Positions 35,180 to 45,459 are shown, numbered from the stretch's first letter. The stretch: 63,385 nt of DNA from an uncultured Gammaproteobacteria bacterium (GCA_964570525.1 CAZMYO010000062.1:1-63385), one strand, 5' to 3'. The notes: generated by a model from the letters alone, not told the origin. Program-made: numbers and translations.

Positions 35180-37123
35180 ATGCCCGAAGACCAGCCAGTT
35201 TTTTCAACCAAACCCGTTGCCTTCGAGCTGCCGAAGCGCCGCTTGAGGAGACGCCGAGTTGCCTCCAGAGCCAGGAAAGCCGCCGGGAGCGGAGACGCGA
35301 ATCAAAAAAAAATTAATGCCTCTTTAGCCGCTATTTATCAAGACGATAACGGTAAACTACCTGATATGAAAAAAATTGCCATCAAAAAAACGCACCCGCT
35401 ACTGCGTCTAATCTCCATTATTCTCTTGGGCGGAGCGGCGCTGGCAGCGCTCGCGTGGGCCGGCTGGCTTTTTGTCCCTTCCGCCAATCGTTTTCCAGAC
35501 AATATGGTTTCACTCGAAATACATGGGCCGGAACAGTTGACTCTCGGCGCTACCAGCACTTACTATGTCGCCTTTAAAAATAATTACGCCAGTGATTTAA
35601 AGGAGGTTACGCTCAATATCTATTATCCGGCCGGGTTTGTTTTCGCGAAGAGTTCCCCCGCCGCGAGCAACCTTGGCCACAATGAATGGAAGCTTGGGGC
35701 GATTCCTCCCGGTGGCGAGGGGGCTATTACGATCGAAGGACAAAATTATGGTACGCTGAATGAAGAAAAATCATGGCGAATATTTCTCAATTATAAACCG
35801 GCTAACTTTAGCTCCGATCTGCAAAAGACTGTTACGCTTAATACCGTCATTGACTTATCTCCCTTGAGCCTTCTTGTGAAAGGGCCGGCCAAAGCTTCGC
35901 TCGGCGCTGAAGTGGAATATACCTTTACTGTTAAAAACAACGGCAACTGGACTCCGAGCGCTCTTGAACTCTCGCCGGTACTCCCCGCCAACTTCACTGT
36001 TTCGTCTTCTACCCCAGCGCTGGATAAAAACAATCGTTGGTTGTTCAGTCTTTTTTCAACTAACGCCACCGCCACCGCCTCCCTTCCTCTAAAAAATATA
36101 ACTTTTAAAATAAGAGGCAAATTTGCCGAAACCGACGATAAAACCTCGCCCATCAAAGGCGTCCTTTGGCTACCCAGCGCCCTTTCCGGGCAGAGCTACC
36201 GGGCAGAGCCCGCCAAAGAGAACTATCAGATTGCGGTGGCCGAAATTGCCTCGGAGCTTATAAAAAACGACCTTGCCTTTAACTTGGCAATAAACGGTTC
36301 GGTCGGAGACTCCGACAGTCAGCCCAATGATATTTTAAATATCACGGTGCACCTAAAAAATACCAGCGCCAAAGACATTAAAAACGCTACGATTGTCCTC
36401 GCGCTTGATACTCCCTCGGTAAAGCGACAGAGCGTTTTGAAATGGCCGGAGTTGGCTGATCAATACGATGGCGCTGTTCAGGGCGAGCAGCTTAGCGACG
36501 CGGTACGGCGCGGCAGCATCATCTGGACCAGCAAAAAAATTCCCGCTTTAGCCAAGGTAAAATTAAATGACGAAATAAATATCGATGTAAGATTGCCCAT
36601 CAAAGGCGGCGATGATTTTGATTTAACCACCCTCAAAACTTCAAAAATTTTGGCCGGCGCCAGGGTAACATTCACCGATCAAACTGGCGCCGAGCGTACG
36701 CTCAACTCCAACCCCATCACCGTTACCCTGAATTCCGATCTTAAATTTGAAAATCGCGATACTGTCAGCGTCAACCCAGCGGGGCAAGAGCAACACGCTG
36801 TTACCTGGGTTCTCACCAACAGCTTCCATGCTTTAAAAAACATTGTGGTCTCCGCCAATGCCTATGGCGATATTTCTTGGAGCCGCGACTCGGTCGCCGC
36901 GGGTGAAGTTTCCTTCGCGACGGACACTAAAAAAATAACCTGGAAAATTGCCGAGTTGCCGGAGAGCATAGATGTAGCGAACGCCGCGTTTACCATCACC
37001 CTTATTACAAAAAATCCTACGCAAAATACGCTTGTTTCCAAAGTCCATGTGCAAGCTGAAGATGCCGCCACCGGTAAAAAACTGGATTTTCTGGGCGAAG
37101 AGGTAGCGCTCACCGCTAATTAA
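35180..37123 (+). CDS. Hypothetical membrane-anchored surface protein with beta-sandwich-like repeats
   Basis: A basic N-terminus, one TM helix (LISIILLGGAALAALAWAGWLF), then repeated YxFxVKNNG-type segments reminiscent of DUF11/CARDB. Confidence 0.5.
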   Translation: MPEDQPVFSTKPVAFELPKRRLRRRRVASRARKAAGSGDANQKKINASLAAIYQDDNGKLPDMKKIAIKKTHPLLRLISIILLGGAALAALAWAGWLFVPSANRFPDNMVSLEIHGPEQLTLGATSTYYVAFKNNYASDLKEVTLNIYYPAGFVFAKSSPAASNLGHNEWKLGAIPPGGEGAITIEGQNYGTLNEEKSWRIFLNYKPANFSSDLQKTVTLNTVIDLSPLSLLVKGPAKASLGAEVEYTFTVKNNGNWTPSALELSPVLPANFTVSSSTPALDKNNRWLFSLFSTNATATASLPLKNITFKIRGKFAETDDKTSPIKGVLWLPSALSGQSYRAEPAKENYQIAVAEIASELIKNDLAFNLAINGSVGDSDSQPNDILNITVHLKNTSAKDIKNATIVLALDTPSVKRQSVLKWPELADQYDGAVQGEQLSDAVRRGSIIWTSKKIPALAKVKLNDEINIDVRLPIKGGDDFDLTTLKTSKILAGARVTFTDQTGAERTLNSNPITVTLNSDLKFENRDTVSVNPAGQEQHAVTWVLTNSFHALKNIVVSANAYGDISWSRDSVAAGEVSFATDTKKITWKIAELPESIDVANAAFTITLITKNPTQNTLVSKVHVQAEDAATGKKLDFLGEEVALTAN

Positions 37124-38093
37124 TCTCTACAAACTGGCGCACAATTTTTTCCGCTTGCGCCACGTCTGCCCCAGCCAACCAGTGAATGCGCTTGTCACGC
37201 TTGAACCAAGTCATCTGTCGTCGCGCGTAATGGCGCGTATCCTGTTTAATGGCCGCGGTTGTCTCTTCTAAAGTTTTCTCTCCGCGCAGATAAAATCCGA
37301 TCTGTTTATACCCCAGGCTACTCATGCTGGGTAAATTCCAACTATATTTTTGCCGGATGAGCGCCTTAGTTTCTTCCACCCAACCCTGTTCAATAAGTTT
37401 GTCGACGCGATTATTAATTCGTTGATACAGATCTTCGGTGGGACGGCAGATGCCGAGTTCAAGCACGTCAAAGAGCGGCGGCGATGCCTTGCGGCCCAGT
37501 AGTGTAAATGATTCCCCAGACAAGATAGCAACTTCCAGCGCTCTAATAAGCCGCCGCGGATTTTTGAGATCAATGGTTTTATACGCTTCGGGATCAATTT
37601 TCTTTAACCAGGTTTGGAGTTCGAAAAGAGTCTTACTCCCTAGACCGCGCCGAAGCTTTTTGTTCGGCGGCACCTGGGGGATATCCAAATTATCGACCAG
37701 CGACCAAATGTATAAACCGGTGCCGCCGACAATAAAAGGAACTTTCCCGCGCGCCACAATATCGTTAATGTGAGCGATCGCCAGGGTTTTAAAATCAGCC
37801 ACACTCAATTCACTCCCCGGATCAACAATGTCCATACAGTAGTGAGGAACTTCTTCCACCAGATAAGCCCGGCCGGAGCCTACCTTTTCCCATGAACCCA
37901 GTGGTTTGCCGGTGCCGATCCGCATTTTTTTAAATACCTGCCGAGAGTCGGCCGAGATGATTTCGGCGCCGTTTCCGCCCAAGGCGAATCCGCCTTGGGC
38001 GGAAAATTTTTTGGCCAAAGCTACCCCCAAATCGGTCTTGCCGCTGGCGGTGGGTCCGAGGATAACGATAACTTTTGGCAACGCGCGCGCCAT
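37116..38093 (-). CDS. miaA: tRNA dimethylallyltransferase
   Basis: The GPTASGKT P-loop and ISADSRQVFKKMRIGTGKP. Confidence 0.9.
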   Translation of the reverse strand: MARALPKVIVILGPTASGKTDLGVALAKKFSAQGGFALGGNGAEIISADSRQVFKKMRIGTGKPLGSWEKVGSGRAYLVEEVPHYCMDIVDPGSELSVADFKTLAIAHINDIVARGKVPFIVGGTGLYIWSLVDNLDIPQVPPNKKLRRGLGSKTLFELQTWLKKIDPEAYKTIDLKNPRRLIRALEVAILSGESFTLLGRKASPPLFDVLELGICRPTEDLYQRINNRVDKLIEQGWVEETKALIRQKYSWNLPSMSSLGYKQIGFYLRGEKTLEETTAAIKQDTRHYARRQMTWFKRDKRIHWLAGADVAQAEKIVRQFVEIN

Positions 38094-38237
38094 AAAAAAC
38101 TTGTTAACTAAAGAGTAAAATCTACTCTAATCTGTTTTTGCTAATTCGTCAACGACTTTTGTTAAAATAAAAAGGAATCAAAAAAACTAACCTCATTTCC
38201 CGAAAGAGTGCAATATGTACTTGACTAATACATAACC

Positions 38238-38266
38238 TTGACAAAAAGCTAAAAATATGCTATAAT
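38238..38266 (+). promoter_or_regulatory. Consensus sigma70 promoter
   Basis: TTGACA, a 17-nt spacer, then TATAAT. Confidence 0.55.
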
Positions 38267-38356
38267 AATTAATGTAAATCGTTAATTTAATCTAAAATTA
38301 GCTCAAAATTATCTTCCTTGAGGTCCCTGCCTCAAGGAAAATTAATCAACAACTCT

Positions 38357-38572
38357 ATGCGGGAAGGCGGATTCACACCACAAACACCACAAGAAAAAAG
38401 GTGGTTTAAAAAGGGCGAAGAAATGGGTCAACCGCCGACTAAACTGAAGATTGACGAATCTGGCATGCACCAAAAGAAAAAAATGGCCAAAACTCCGGAA
38501 GAACAGTTTTTTGGTGACCCAGGCATGAACGACGAAACCAAGGAAAAACCGGGCAAGAAAAAAGCCGCGTAA
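38357..38572 (+). CDS. Small basic hypothetical protein (71 aa)
   Basis: The ORF lies between a consensus promoter and a strong terminator. The start is uncertain: ATG 38357 or TTG 38318. No SD is evident. Confidence 0.35.
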   Translation: MREGGFTPQTPQEKRWFKKGEEMGQPPTKLKIDESGMHQKKKMAKTPEEQFFGDPGMNDETKEKPGKKKAA

Positions 38573-38614
38573 AAACTCTCTCGTCCATCAATTTTCTATA
38601 TCCCATGTGAAAAT

Positions 38615-38648
38615 AAAACCCTGCACCAGAGCGGTGCAGGGTTTTGTT
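38615..38648. terminator. Bidirectional terminator
   Basis: accctgcacc-agag-cggtgcagggt flanked by A- and T-runs. Confidence 0.7.
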
Positions 38649-38664
38649 TCAAAGAATTTATACC

Positions 38665-40413
38665 CTAGCTTCTCTCGTCCGTTTCGCGCAGTACTCGCTC
38701 CACAAAGGCCTCTTTTGATATTTTGAGCTGCTCTTCTTGCCCCCGCACTCGAATTGTCCATTCGCTACCTTCGAGCTCACGATCGCCCACCACTACAATA
38801 TAAGGAATTTTTTGGCCAATGGCTTTGCGTATCTTTTTACCGATGGTCTCATCGGCGTCATCTACTGCCACTCGTAAACCTTCCCCATCTAACTCGTCTG
38901 CCAATTTTTTCGCTCCCGCTACGTGCTTCACCGAAACCGGGGTCAGCTGAACCTGGACAGGAGCGAGCCAGACCGGGAAAGCGCCGGCGTGATGTTCGAT
39001 AAGAATAGACAAAAACCGTTCGATGGAACCCATAATCGCCGCGTGAATCATAACAATCCGCTCTTTCTCACCCTGCTCGTTAACACAGGTTAAATCAAAA
39101 CGTTCGGGCATATTAATATCGAGCTGAATAGTAGCCACCTGCCACTGCCGGCCCAAAGAATCCTTGGCCATAAAATCAATCTTCGGTCCATAAAAAGCCG
39201 CTTCACCCACGCCTTCAAAATATTCTACGCCGCGCTCCTTGGCAAGTTCTCTAATCTGCCCTTCCGCGAACTCCCACATGTCGGGCGTGCCCAGATAATT
39301 TTCTGGAGTCTTGGGATCGTGCAACGATAAACGCACTTTTAATGGTTCAAATCCAACCGCGAGATAGAAGGTATCGATAATGTCCCAAATTTTCAAAAAT
39401 TCCTCTTTAACTTGAATCCGACGACAAAAAACATGAGCATCGTCTTGCGTAAACGATCGTAACCGCGATAAACCGTAGAGCTCGCCCGTTTGCTCATCGC
39501 GATAACACATGGTGGTTTCCGCGTAACGCTGGGGCAGGTTGCGGTAGCTATGAGCCAGGCGTCCGTAAATCTGGGTGTGATGCGGGCAATTCATCGGCTT
39601 CAACGCGAATTCGTGGCCCTCGCGCGATTGCACATGGAATAAATCGTTTTTAAATTTTTGCCAATGTCCGCTCGTTTCGTACAATTCTCTTTTGGTGATA
39701 TGAGGAATGGTAACCTTGGCATAACCGCGAGCTTTACGCAACGACCAGACAAAATCATCAAGAATAGTGCGTAACAAAGTACCTTTTGGCGTCCAGAGCG
39801 GAAGCCCGGCGCCGACCAAATCAGAAAAAGTAAACAAGTCTAATTCTTTACCAAGTTTCCGATGATCTCGCTTCTTGGCCTCTTCAAGCTGGTTAAGGTA
39901 CACTGCTAACTCTTTGCGCGACGGGAACAACAATCCATAAATACGCGTGAGCATCGGATTCTTCTCGCTCCCTCGCCAATAAGCGCCCGCCACCTTGTGG
40001 AGCTTTAGTCCTTCGACGGGAATTTCTTTAGTGTTGCTGACGTGACCGCCGCGGCACAAATCTTTAAACGGCCCGGACTCATAGATGGTGAGATTTTTTC
40101 CCTCCCCGGAAAATTCATTGATGAGCTCGAGCTTAAACGGCTGATCTTTTTCTTCCTTTCTAGCTTCCTCCACGGTTACCACGCGGCCATTAAATTCATG
40201 GTGGCCACGAATAATCTCTTTCATTTTTTCTTCAATACGCGGCAAATCGACGTCGGAAACGGTTATACCGGAGGGAAACTGAAAATCATAATAAAAACCG
40301 TTCTCAATGGTTGGGCCGATTGCCAAATAAGTCCCCGGGTATATGTCGAGAACAGCCGCCGCCAGCATGTGCGCCGCCGAATGGCGAATGTGGTCGAGTT
40401 TCTCCTGATCCAT
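38665..40413 (-). CDS. thrS: Threonine--tRNA ligase (lacks the N-terminal TGS region)
   Basis: HSAAHMLA editing-domain motif, class II core and anticodon-binding domain. Confidence 0.95.
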   Translation of the reverse strand: MDQEKLDHIRHSAAHMLAAAVLDIYPGTYLAIGPTIENGFYYDFQFPSGITVSDVDLPRIEEKMKEIIRGHHEFNGRVVTVEEARKEEKDQPFKLELINEFSGEGKNLTIYESGPFKDLCRGGHVSNTKEIPVEGLKLHKVAGAYWRGSEKNPMLTRIYGLLFPSRKELAVYLNQLEEAKKRDHRKLGKELDLFTFSDLVGAGLPLWTPKGTLLRTILDDFVWSLRKARGYAKVTIPHITKRELYETSGHWQKFKNDLFHVQSREGHEFALKPMNCPHHTQIYGRLAHSYRNLPQRYAETTMCYRDEQTGELYGLSRLRSFTQDDAHVFCRRIQVKEEFLKIWDIIDTFYLAVGFEPLKVRLSLHDPKTPENYLGTPDMWEFAEGQIRELAKERGVEYFEGVGEAAFYGPKIDFMAKDSLGRQWQVATIQLDINMPERFDLTCVNEQGEKERIVMIHAAIMGSIERFLSILIEHHAGAFPVWLAPVQVQLTPVSVKHVAGAKKLADELDGEGLRVAVDDADETIGKKIRKAIGQKIPYIVVVGDRELEGSEWTIRVRGQEEQLKISKEAFVERVLRETDERS

Positions 40414-40443
40414 AAAATTAAATTACTATAACGTATCCACTAT

Positions 40444-40472
40444 AAATTACAGCACACAAATCTTCTTGTCAA
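40444..40472 (-). promoter_or_regulatory. sigma70-type promoter for thrS
   Basis: On the minus strand: TTGACA, a 17-nt spacer, then TAATTT. Confidence 0.5.
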
Positions 40473-40490
40473 TATGATGTATGATTAATG

Positions 40491-40517
40491 AAAGACGCCC
40501 CAATGGGACGTCTCTAC
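40491..40517. repeat. REP palindrome (GAGACG family)
   Basis: aaagacgcccc-aat-gggacgtctctac. The gtagagacg arm is shared with 53935, 54243 and 54584. Confidence 0.6.
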
Positions 40518-40538
40518 AATTTATAATCCGCATCCGTA

Positions 40539-41678
40539 TTATTGCACGTTTTTAACAACCACCCGAATGCGATCGGGCACGGTAGGCGCGCTCGCCACCC
40601 AACCCGGAGAAAAATTAACCTGTATGTTAGCTACATGATCCAAGCCCAAAAGATAACGCTCGATTTCGTCTTTTCTCTTTCCCACAAAGTTGCGCGGCAA
40701 CAATTTTTCCACATTCGCGTCTAATGTTACCACCACGTTTTGGCGCACGGACAACTCGGCTGTTCCTTCTTGAAGATCATAGCTGGCTACGCTTACTTGC
40801 GGTTTTTTATCGAGTGCCAAAAAGCGCTCCGACGAAATATCAATTTTGTCGGTAATATCTCGGCTCTCCAGATTGGACAGGTCTTCGGGATTATAGGATA
40901 CCACAACAATCGCGCTCTCGCCGAAGACGCTAAACTCCGCGACCTCTTTGCCGGCTTTGTGGCTGCTCTCTACCTTTAAATTGGTCACCGCAATGGCTTT
41001 GCCATCACCACCATCCGGCAAGGTGGCTACGAATGCCTCTTTTATTTTCTGCTCAAAATCCGCTTCGGCGTTCTTGATGTCGTCGTCGCTCAAGATCCCC
41101 ACCGTCCGCTCGCCGCCGGACATTTGTTTTTGGCTTTGGGCATAAATAACTTTTTGTTTGACCGGATTTAGCCCCGGAATAGTAAAGCGGCTCGGAGGAA
41201 CATCGCTGTCCGCTCCCGGCCGATCGGCATAGACCGGCGCTGTTACTTGGCCTTGGGCCGGTACAACCACCGCTTTAGCTAAATGAAACAGCTGGCCGCC
41301 ATCGGTAAGTACGCGCGTGGTTCGTACCAGTGGCTGATCAATGCCGGTTTTGTTATAGATAGTTACTTCTCCTTCGGCCAAACCCTCCACTCTCTTGTTG
41401 CCGGTAGGATGATATTTTTCCGTCCAGCGAAACACGGTGGAGCTCACCGTGCCGGGAATGGCGCTCGAGCTCGCATTTTTACCAACGACATTGACTACCA
41501 AATTAATGTCTTTGTTATCTTCTTTAGCGACGATAATTATTTCGACTTTTTTAGATGTGACAAAAATTACAACGCCCAAAAGTACCACCGTTATTATTAA
41601 AAAAGACAGGGCGATAAATTTATAAAACCTCACCGGCGGTTCGGGCGGCAGCTTCGTAGCCAAACGATGGGTAATCAT
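40539..41678 (-). CDS. Hypothetical N-terminally anchored extracytoplasmic protein
   Basis: A single TM helix (FIALSFLIITVVLLGVVIF). I recognise no family. Confidence 0.5.
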   Translation of the reverse strand: MITHRLATKLPPEPPVRFYKFIALSFLIITVVLLGVVIFVTSKKVEIIIVAKEDNKDINLVVNVVGKNASSSAIPGTVSSTVFRWTEKYHPTGNKRVEGLAEGEVTIYNKTGIDQPLVRTTRVLTDGGQLFHLAKAVVVPAQGQVTAPVYADRPGADSDVPPSRFTIPGLNPVKQKVIYAQSQKQMSGGERTVGILSDDDIKNAEADFEQKIKEAFVATLPDGGDGKAIAVTNLKVESSHKAGKEVAEFSVFGESAIVVVSYNPEDLSNLESRDITDKIDISSERFLALDKKPQVSVASYDLQEGTAELSVRQNVVVTLDANVEKLLPRNFVGKRKDEIERYLLGLDHVANIQVNFSPGWVASAPTVPDRIRVVVKNVQ

Positions 41679-41741
41679 AAGTAAAACGCGCTAAAAAATA
41701 CGGTAACTAACACAGATAGTATATCACAAAATTTAAAATAT

Positions 41742-43496
41742 CTACATTCTCTCTTCGGTAACTCTAAACACTTCATCCACGGTCGTAATTTTATCCAAAG
41801 CTTTGAGAAGGCCATCTTGGGCCATAGTAACCATGCCGTTTTTAACGGCGAATTCCTGAATCGAGTATTCGGAAACCTGGCTGCTTAAGATAATTTGTTC
41901 AATTTCTTTGCTCATGATAAAAATTTCATAGATGCCGATTCGCCCTTTGTAGCCGAGGCCGCTGCACTCCTCGCAGCCTTTGCCGTGGTAGAAACGCAAC
42001 TGGCGCAAATCCACATTTTTTTTCTCGGCTTCGGGCAGAGCTTCTAAAACTTTAACCACGCGCTCCATTTTTTCCGGCTCAATGGTTGCTTCCTCTTGGC
42101 AGTGTTCGCAGATGCGCCGCACTAAACGCTGACCGATAACAGAGTTTAGAGCCGGCGCCAGAAGAAACGGCTTTACTCCCATCGAAAGGAAGCGGGGGAT
42201 AGCTCCCGAAGCGCTGTTGGTGTGAATGGTGGAAAGCATTAAGTGGCCGGTGAGCGCCGCTTGGATGGCGATTTCCGCGGTTTCTAAATCGCGAATTTCA
42301 CCAACCATGCAAATATCCGGATCCTGCCGCAGGATGCTGCGCAGGCCCTTAGCAAAGGTATAATCGTGACTGGGGTCTACTTGGCTTTGGTTGAGGCCTT
42401 CCATTTTAATTTCAATCGGGTCTTCCAAGGTAATAATTTTTACGCCCGGTTTGTTGAGCGTCCTCATGATGCCGTACATGGTGGTGGTTTTGCCGGAGCC
42501 GGTCGGGCCGGTGGTAATAATCATGCCGTTCGGCCGTTCAATTTCGTGTTTAAGCCGATCGTGCGCTTCGCCGCGCAGCCCCAAATCTTCGAAAGTAACT
42601 CCTTTGCTGCCGCTGTGCAAAATTCTCATCACAATACTCTCACCATGAATAGTTGGCATGGTGGAAACGCGAACATCCAGACTTCCCGATGACAGCTGTA
42701 AAGTAACGCGCCCATCCTGCGGCCGATCGATGACGTTAATTTTTAAAGCGGCCAAGAGTTTAATTCTAGAAACGAATCGTTTCCATTCTTCCTTAGGAAG
42801 CATGGCCACATCGTGAAGCACGCCGTCAACCCGGTAGCGCACGGCAATTCCTTTTTCTTCGGCCTCCACGTGCATATCGGTCGCGTTCACCTTAAGAGCC
42901 GACGCCACCATGAGCGTAAGAATATCGCTGATTGAGACCTGCTTGAAAGCGTCTTGAAGACTGGATAAATTGTTAATCCCCGCTTTGTATTTATTTAACT
43001 CTTCGTCGGTTATATTAATGTCTTTTGATATCGGCTTAACAATGGGGAGATTGGCGTAAAGTTTTAAAACACGCTCGAGGCTATGCTCGGAGACAATGTA
43101 GAGCGCCACCTCCGCGTGGTGGCGTTCGCTTATTTGAAACACCAGCTCTTTTACATTTTCACTGGCCTCAACCGCGCCGAGACGAATTTGCTCCGGAGTA
43201 AAAAAGAAACAAACTACCCGTTTTTCTTTGGCTATCTCTTCGGGAATAGCGCGGAGCGCTTCGGACGATACCGGAAACGCGCCAAGATCAAGATAGGGCA
43301 GGCCGATGGCGGCCGCCGCCGCCGCCACCTGGACTTCCTTTTCCTGAAGACCAATTTGCTGCATTTTCTGGGTAAATTTTTCCTGGACGCTGTCCTGGCT
43401 TACCGGAGGCACCCGGACCGATTTCTGACCTTTTGTCGGCCCGGCGCCGCCGTCTCCTTTTTTAGTTAGATCGCTAATAGATGGAAAATCGGACAT
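41742..43496 (-). CDS. Type II/IV secretion ATPase (PilB/GspE family)
   Basis: Walker A GPTGSGKTTT, Asp/His boxes and the tetracysteine CEHC...CEEC motif. Confidence 0.9.
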   Translation of the reverse strand: MSDFPSISDLTKKGDGGAGPTKGQKSVRVPPVSQDSVQEKFTQKMQQIGLQEKEVQVAAAAAAIGLPYLDLGAFPVSSEALRAIPEEIAKEKRVVCFFFTPEQIRLGAVEASENVKELVFQISERHHAEVALYIVSEHSLERVLKLYANLPIVKPISKDINITDEELNKYKAGINNLSSLQDAFKQVSISDILTLMVASALKVNATDMHVEAEEKGIAVRYRVDGVLHDVAMLPKEEWKRFVSRIKLLAALKINVIDRPQDGRVTLQLSSGSLDVRVSTMPTIHGESIVMRILHSGSKGVTFEDLGLRGEAHDRLKHEIERPNGMIITTGPTGSGKTTTMYGIMRTLNKPGVKIITLEDPIEIKMEGLNQSQVDPSHDYTFAKGLRSILRQDPDICMVGEIRDLETAEIAIQAALTGHLMLSTIHTNSASGAIPRFLSMGVKPFLLAPALNSVIGQRLVRRICEHCQEEATIEPEKMERVVKVLEALPEAEKKNVDLRQLRFYHGKGCEECSGLGYKGRIGIYEIFIMSKEIEQIILSSQVSEYSIQEFAVKNGMVTMAQDGLLKALDKITTVDEVFRVTEERM

Positions 43497-43507
43497 ATAA
43501 TAATCTT

Positions 43508-44461
43508 TTACCTTCTCACAATCTTCTTGGCGTAATGCAACAGTCGGCTTACCACTCCCTCATGGTGCATTTTCATAAACAAATAAATCCAAGCGCTGGT
43601 AGTAAACGCGTTGTAGATTCCGCCGATGAAAGCCGTTAAAATAATAAAAAGTACCGAAGAAAAAATAATCCCGATGGTAATAAGCGCGGTGGCGGAAGTT
43701 ATCCCAGCGATAATTGATAAAACAAATGAAGGAACCAAAGCCAAGGTAGACGCCACAACCAGCCCGGCGATTACGATGGCGTCGCAAAGTACTAATAAAA
43801 TACTTAATTCTAGCGATACCAAAAGATGATTGGTGAACAATTTTCCTCCTTTAAGAATGGATCGCCACAGGCCACGCTGTTCTTCAACAATATAGCCGGC
43901 CGAATAAATCCCCACGGCTACCGTTGCTAACCCCAAAAGTAACCCGCCCGAAAGTATGATGACGGTCCAAACGAAACCGACCTTGGTTTCCGGCGCCAGA
44001 GCAAAGCCGACGGCGACGGCCAGAAGCAAAACTCCAAGCGCCGTTCGTTTAAGCATGTTCAGAAATAATAATCTCCAAAAGTGTTTCACTCCTTTGTGCC
44101 AAGCTTTCTCCAGATTGGGCACGGGTTTTTTCTTGAGGCTTTCCGCGACGGCGGCAATGAGCGCGCCTTGGGAGGCGACGGCGAGAAACACCACTAAGAC
44201 CACGAGCGCTAAACCAAGAACCAAAATCCACGCCAGCCACGGCGCGCCCTTCACTTCCATTAGCACCTTCAGTATTTGAGAATAATTCTCGCGCGCCGCG
44301 GGATGATTGAGCGCGACAGCGAGATTACCGATAAAGCTATTAATTCCGAATGGGCCAATGAGAACCGAAAGCAAACCAAAAATCCAAAGAATTTTATTGT
44401 GCCAGACTAAGTGCCAGGCATGGACTAGCGCTTGGCGATAAGTTGGTTCTAACATAGACAC
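43508..44461 (-). CDS. Polytopic membrane protein, hypothetical
   Basis: About 7 hydrophobic segments. The start is GTG 44461 or ATG 44455. Confidence 0.5.
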   Translation of the reverse strand: MSMLEPTYRQALVHAWHLVWHNKILWIFGLLSVLIGPFGINSFIGNLAVALNHPAARENYSQILKVLMEVKGAPWLAWILVLGLALVVLVVFLAVASQGALIAAVAESLKKKPVPNLEKAWHKGVKHFWRLLFLNMLKRTALGVLLLAVAVGFALAPETKVGFVWTVIILSGGLLLGLATVAVGIYSAGYIVEEQRGLWRSILKGGKLFTNHLLVSLELSILLVLCDAIVIAGLVVASTLALVPSFVLSIIAGITSATALITIGIIFSSVLFIILTAFIGGIYNAFTTSAWIYLFMKMHHEGVVSRLLHYAKKIVRR

Positions 44462-44580
44462 AGATTACCTGGCCTACCGGCCGGCAGGCGCTGATTTTGA
44501 AAGGATTACGCAGATTATCCCGATTTTGCGAAATCGATCGCCAATCAATCTGTGCAATCTGTGTATAGTATACCACATTC

Positions 44581-44609
44581 TTGACTAGCTACCAAGGATG
44601 ACGTAAGAT
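44581..44609 (+). promoter_or_regulatory. sigma70-type promoter for the micro-gene
   Basis: TTGACT, a 17-nt spacer, then TAAGAT. Confidence 0.5.
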
Positions 44610-44649
44610 AAATCAATCATCGGGTAAACCACAACCGCAAGGAGGCCTC

Positions 44650-44814
44650 ATGCCGCCGCCGCAGAACCTGAAAAATCTGTCTGCTGAAGAACTGCTCAAA
44701 GAATATACCGACGAGCTTACTCGCTCCATTATCACCCATGGTGATTGGCGGCATCTCGACCAGCTCAAACTCGAGTTGCTCCGACGGATGAGAGAGAGAC
44801 CGGGCTCGCGATAA
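44650..44814 (+). CDS. Small hypothetical helical protein (54 aa), absent from the ORF track
   Basis: gcAAGGAGGcctc precedes the ATG. The product is MPPPQNLKNLSAEELLKEYTDELTRSIITHGDWRHLDQLKLELLRRMRERPGSR. A terminator lies at 44917-44954. Confidence 0.5.
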   Translation: MPPPQNLKNLSAEELLKEYTDELTRSIITHGDWRHLDQLKLELLRRMRERPGSR

Positions 44815-44916
44815 TTCCGCATCGACCGACGGGGAAGAGGCATAAAATCTGCCACCCCGTCTCCATTCTAAATCACCTTATTCGTAGGATGCTTTAAAAT
44901 GAGATTTGCTTTGCGC

Positions 44917-44954
44917 AAAAAACTCTCCTCCGCCTAGGCGGAGGAGATTTTTTT
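44917..44954. terminator. Bidirectional terminator
   Basis: tctcctccgcc-tag-gcggaggaga with an A-run and a T-run. Confidence 0.7.
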
Positions 44955-44956
44955 AT

Positions 44957-45439
44957 TCAGTTTGGCTTTTCGGTTTCCGGTTTCACCAGATCCGTTTCTA
45001 AAATGTCTTTCTCGGTCCACTGGATATTACTTCCTTCCCAGGTCATTTCTTTAACTTTGATATGTCCTTCTGGATCGGGATTCGGATCCATAATCTCAAA
45101 ACTTCTTCCGTTCGCTTGCACAAATTCACCTTTATAAAATTTTGGCTGACTTACTTCAGTTAGCGGGTTATCTTGATTTTCTCTTTGCGCTTTCTCTTCC
45201 ACCATATCACGATTTATCTGGCGTTCGATTGGACTAATCTCACGCTTTCCGGCATTTTCCGCCACATACCCGCCCCACCCACCAGCTGCCTTTATCCTGT
45301 CACGTATCAAGGCAATCTGCTCGGGTTTTACACCGGCAGTTTTTGCCCATTCCGGCGCTGGCGCGGAATCGGACCCCCCTGGCGCCCGCCAATCCGCGTG
45401 CTCTTGGCCGCTTAATTGTTCTGATTGTCCTCTTGACAT
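44957..45439 (-). CDS. Hypothetical protein
   Basis: A 160-aa ORF with plausible composition. I recognise no family. Confidence 0.45.
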   Translation of the reverse strand: MSRGQSEQLSGQEHADWRAPGGSDSAPAPEWAKTAGVKPEQIALIRDRIKAAGGWGGYVAENAGKREISPIERQINRDMVEEKAQRENQDNPLTEVSQPKFYKGEFVQANGRSFEIMDPNPDPEGHIKVKEMTWEGSNIQWTEKDILETDLVKPETEKPN

Positions 45440-45459
45440 AATAATATCTAAAATTAGAT

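Noticed and set aside
44613-44855. An 80-aa minus-strand ORF
   Set aside because: Its composition is implausible (Ser/Arg/Cys-rich) and it has no SD. The opposite strand carries a promoter, SD, ORF and terminator unit (44581-44954).
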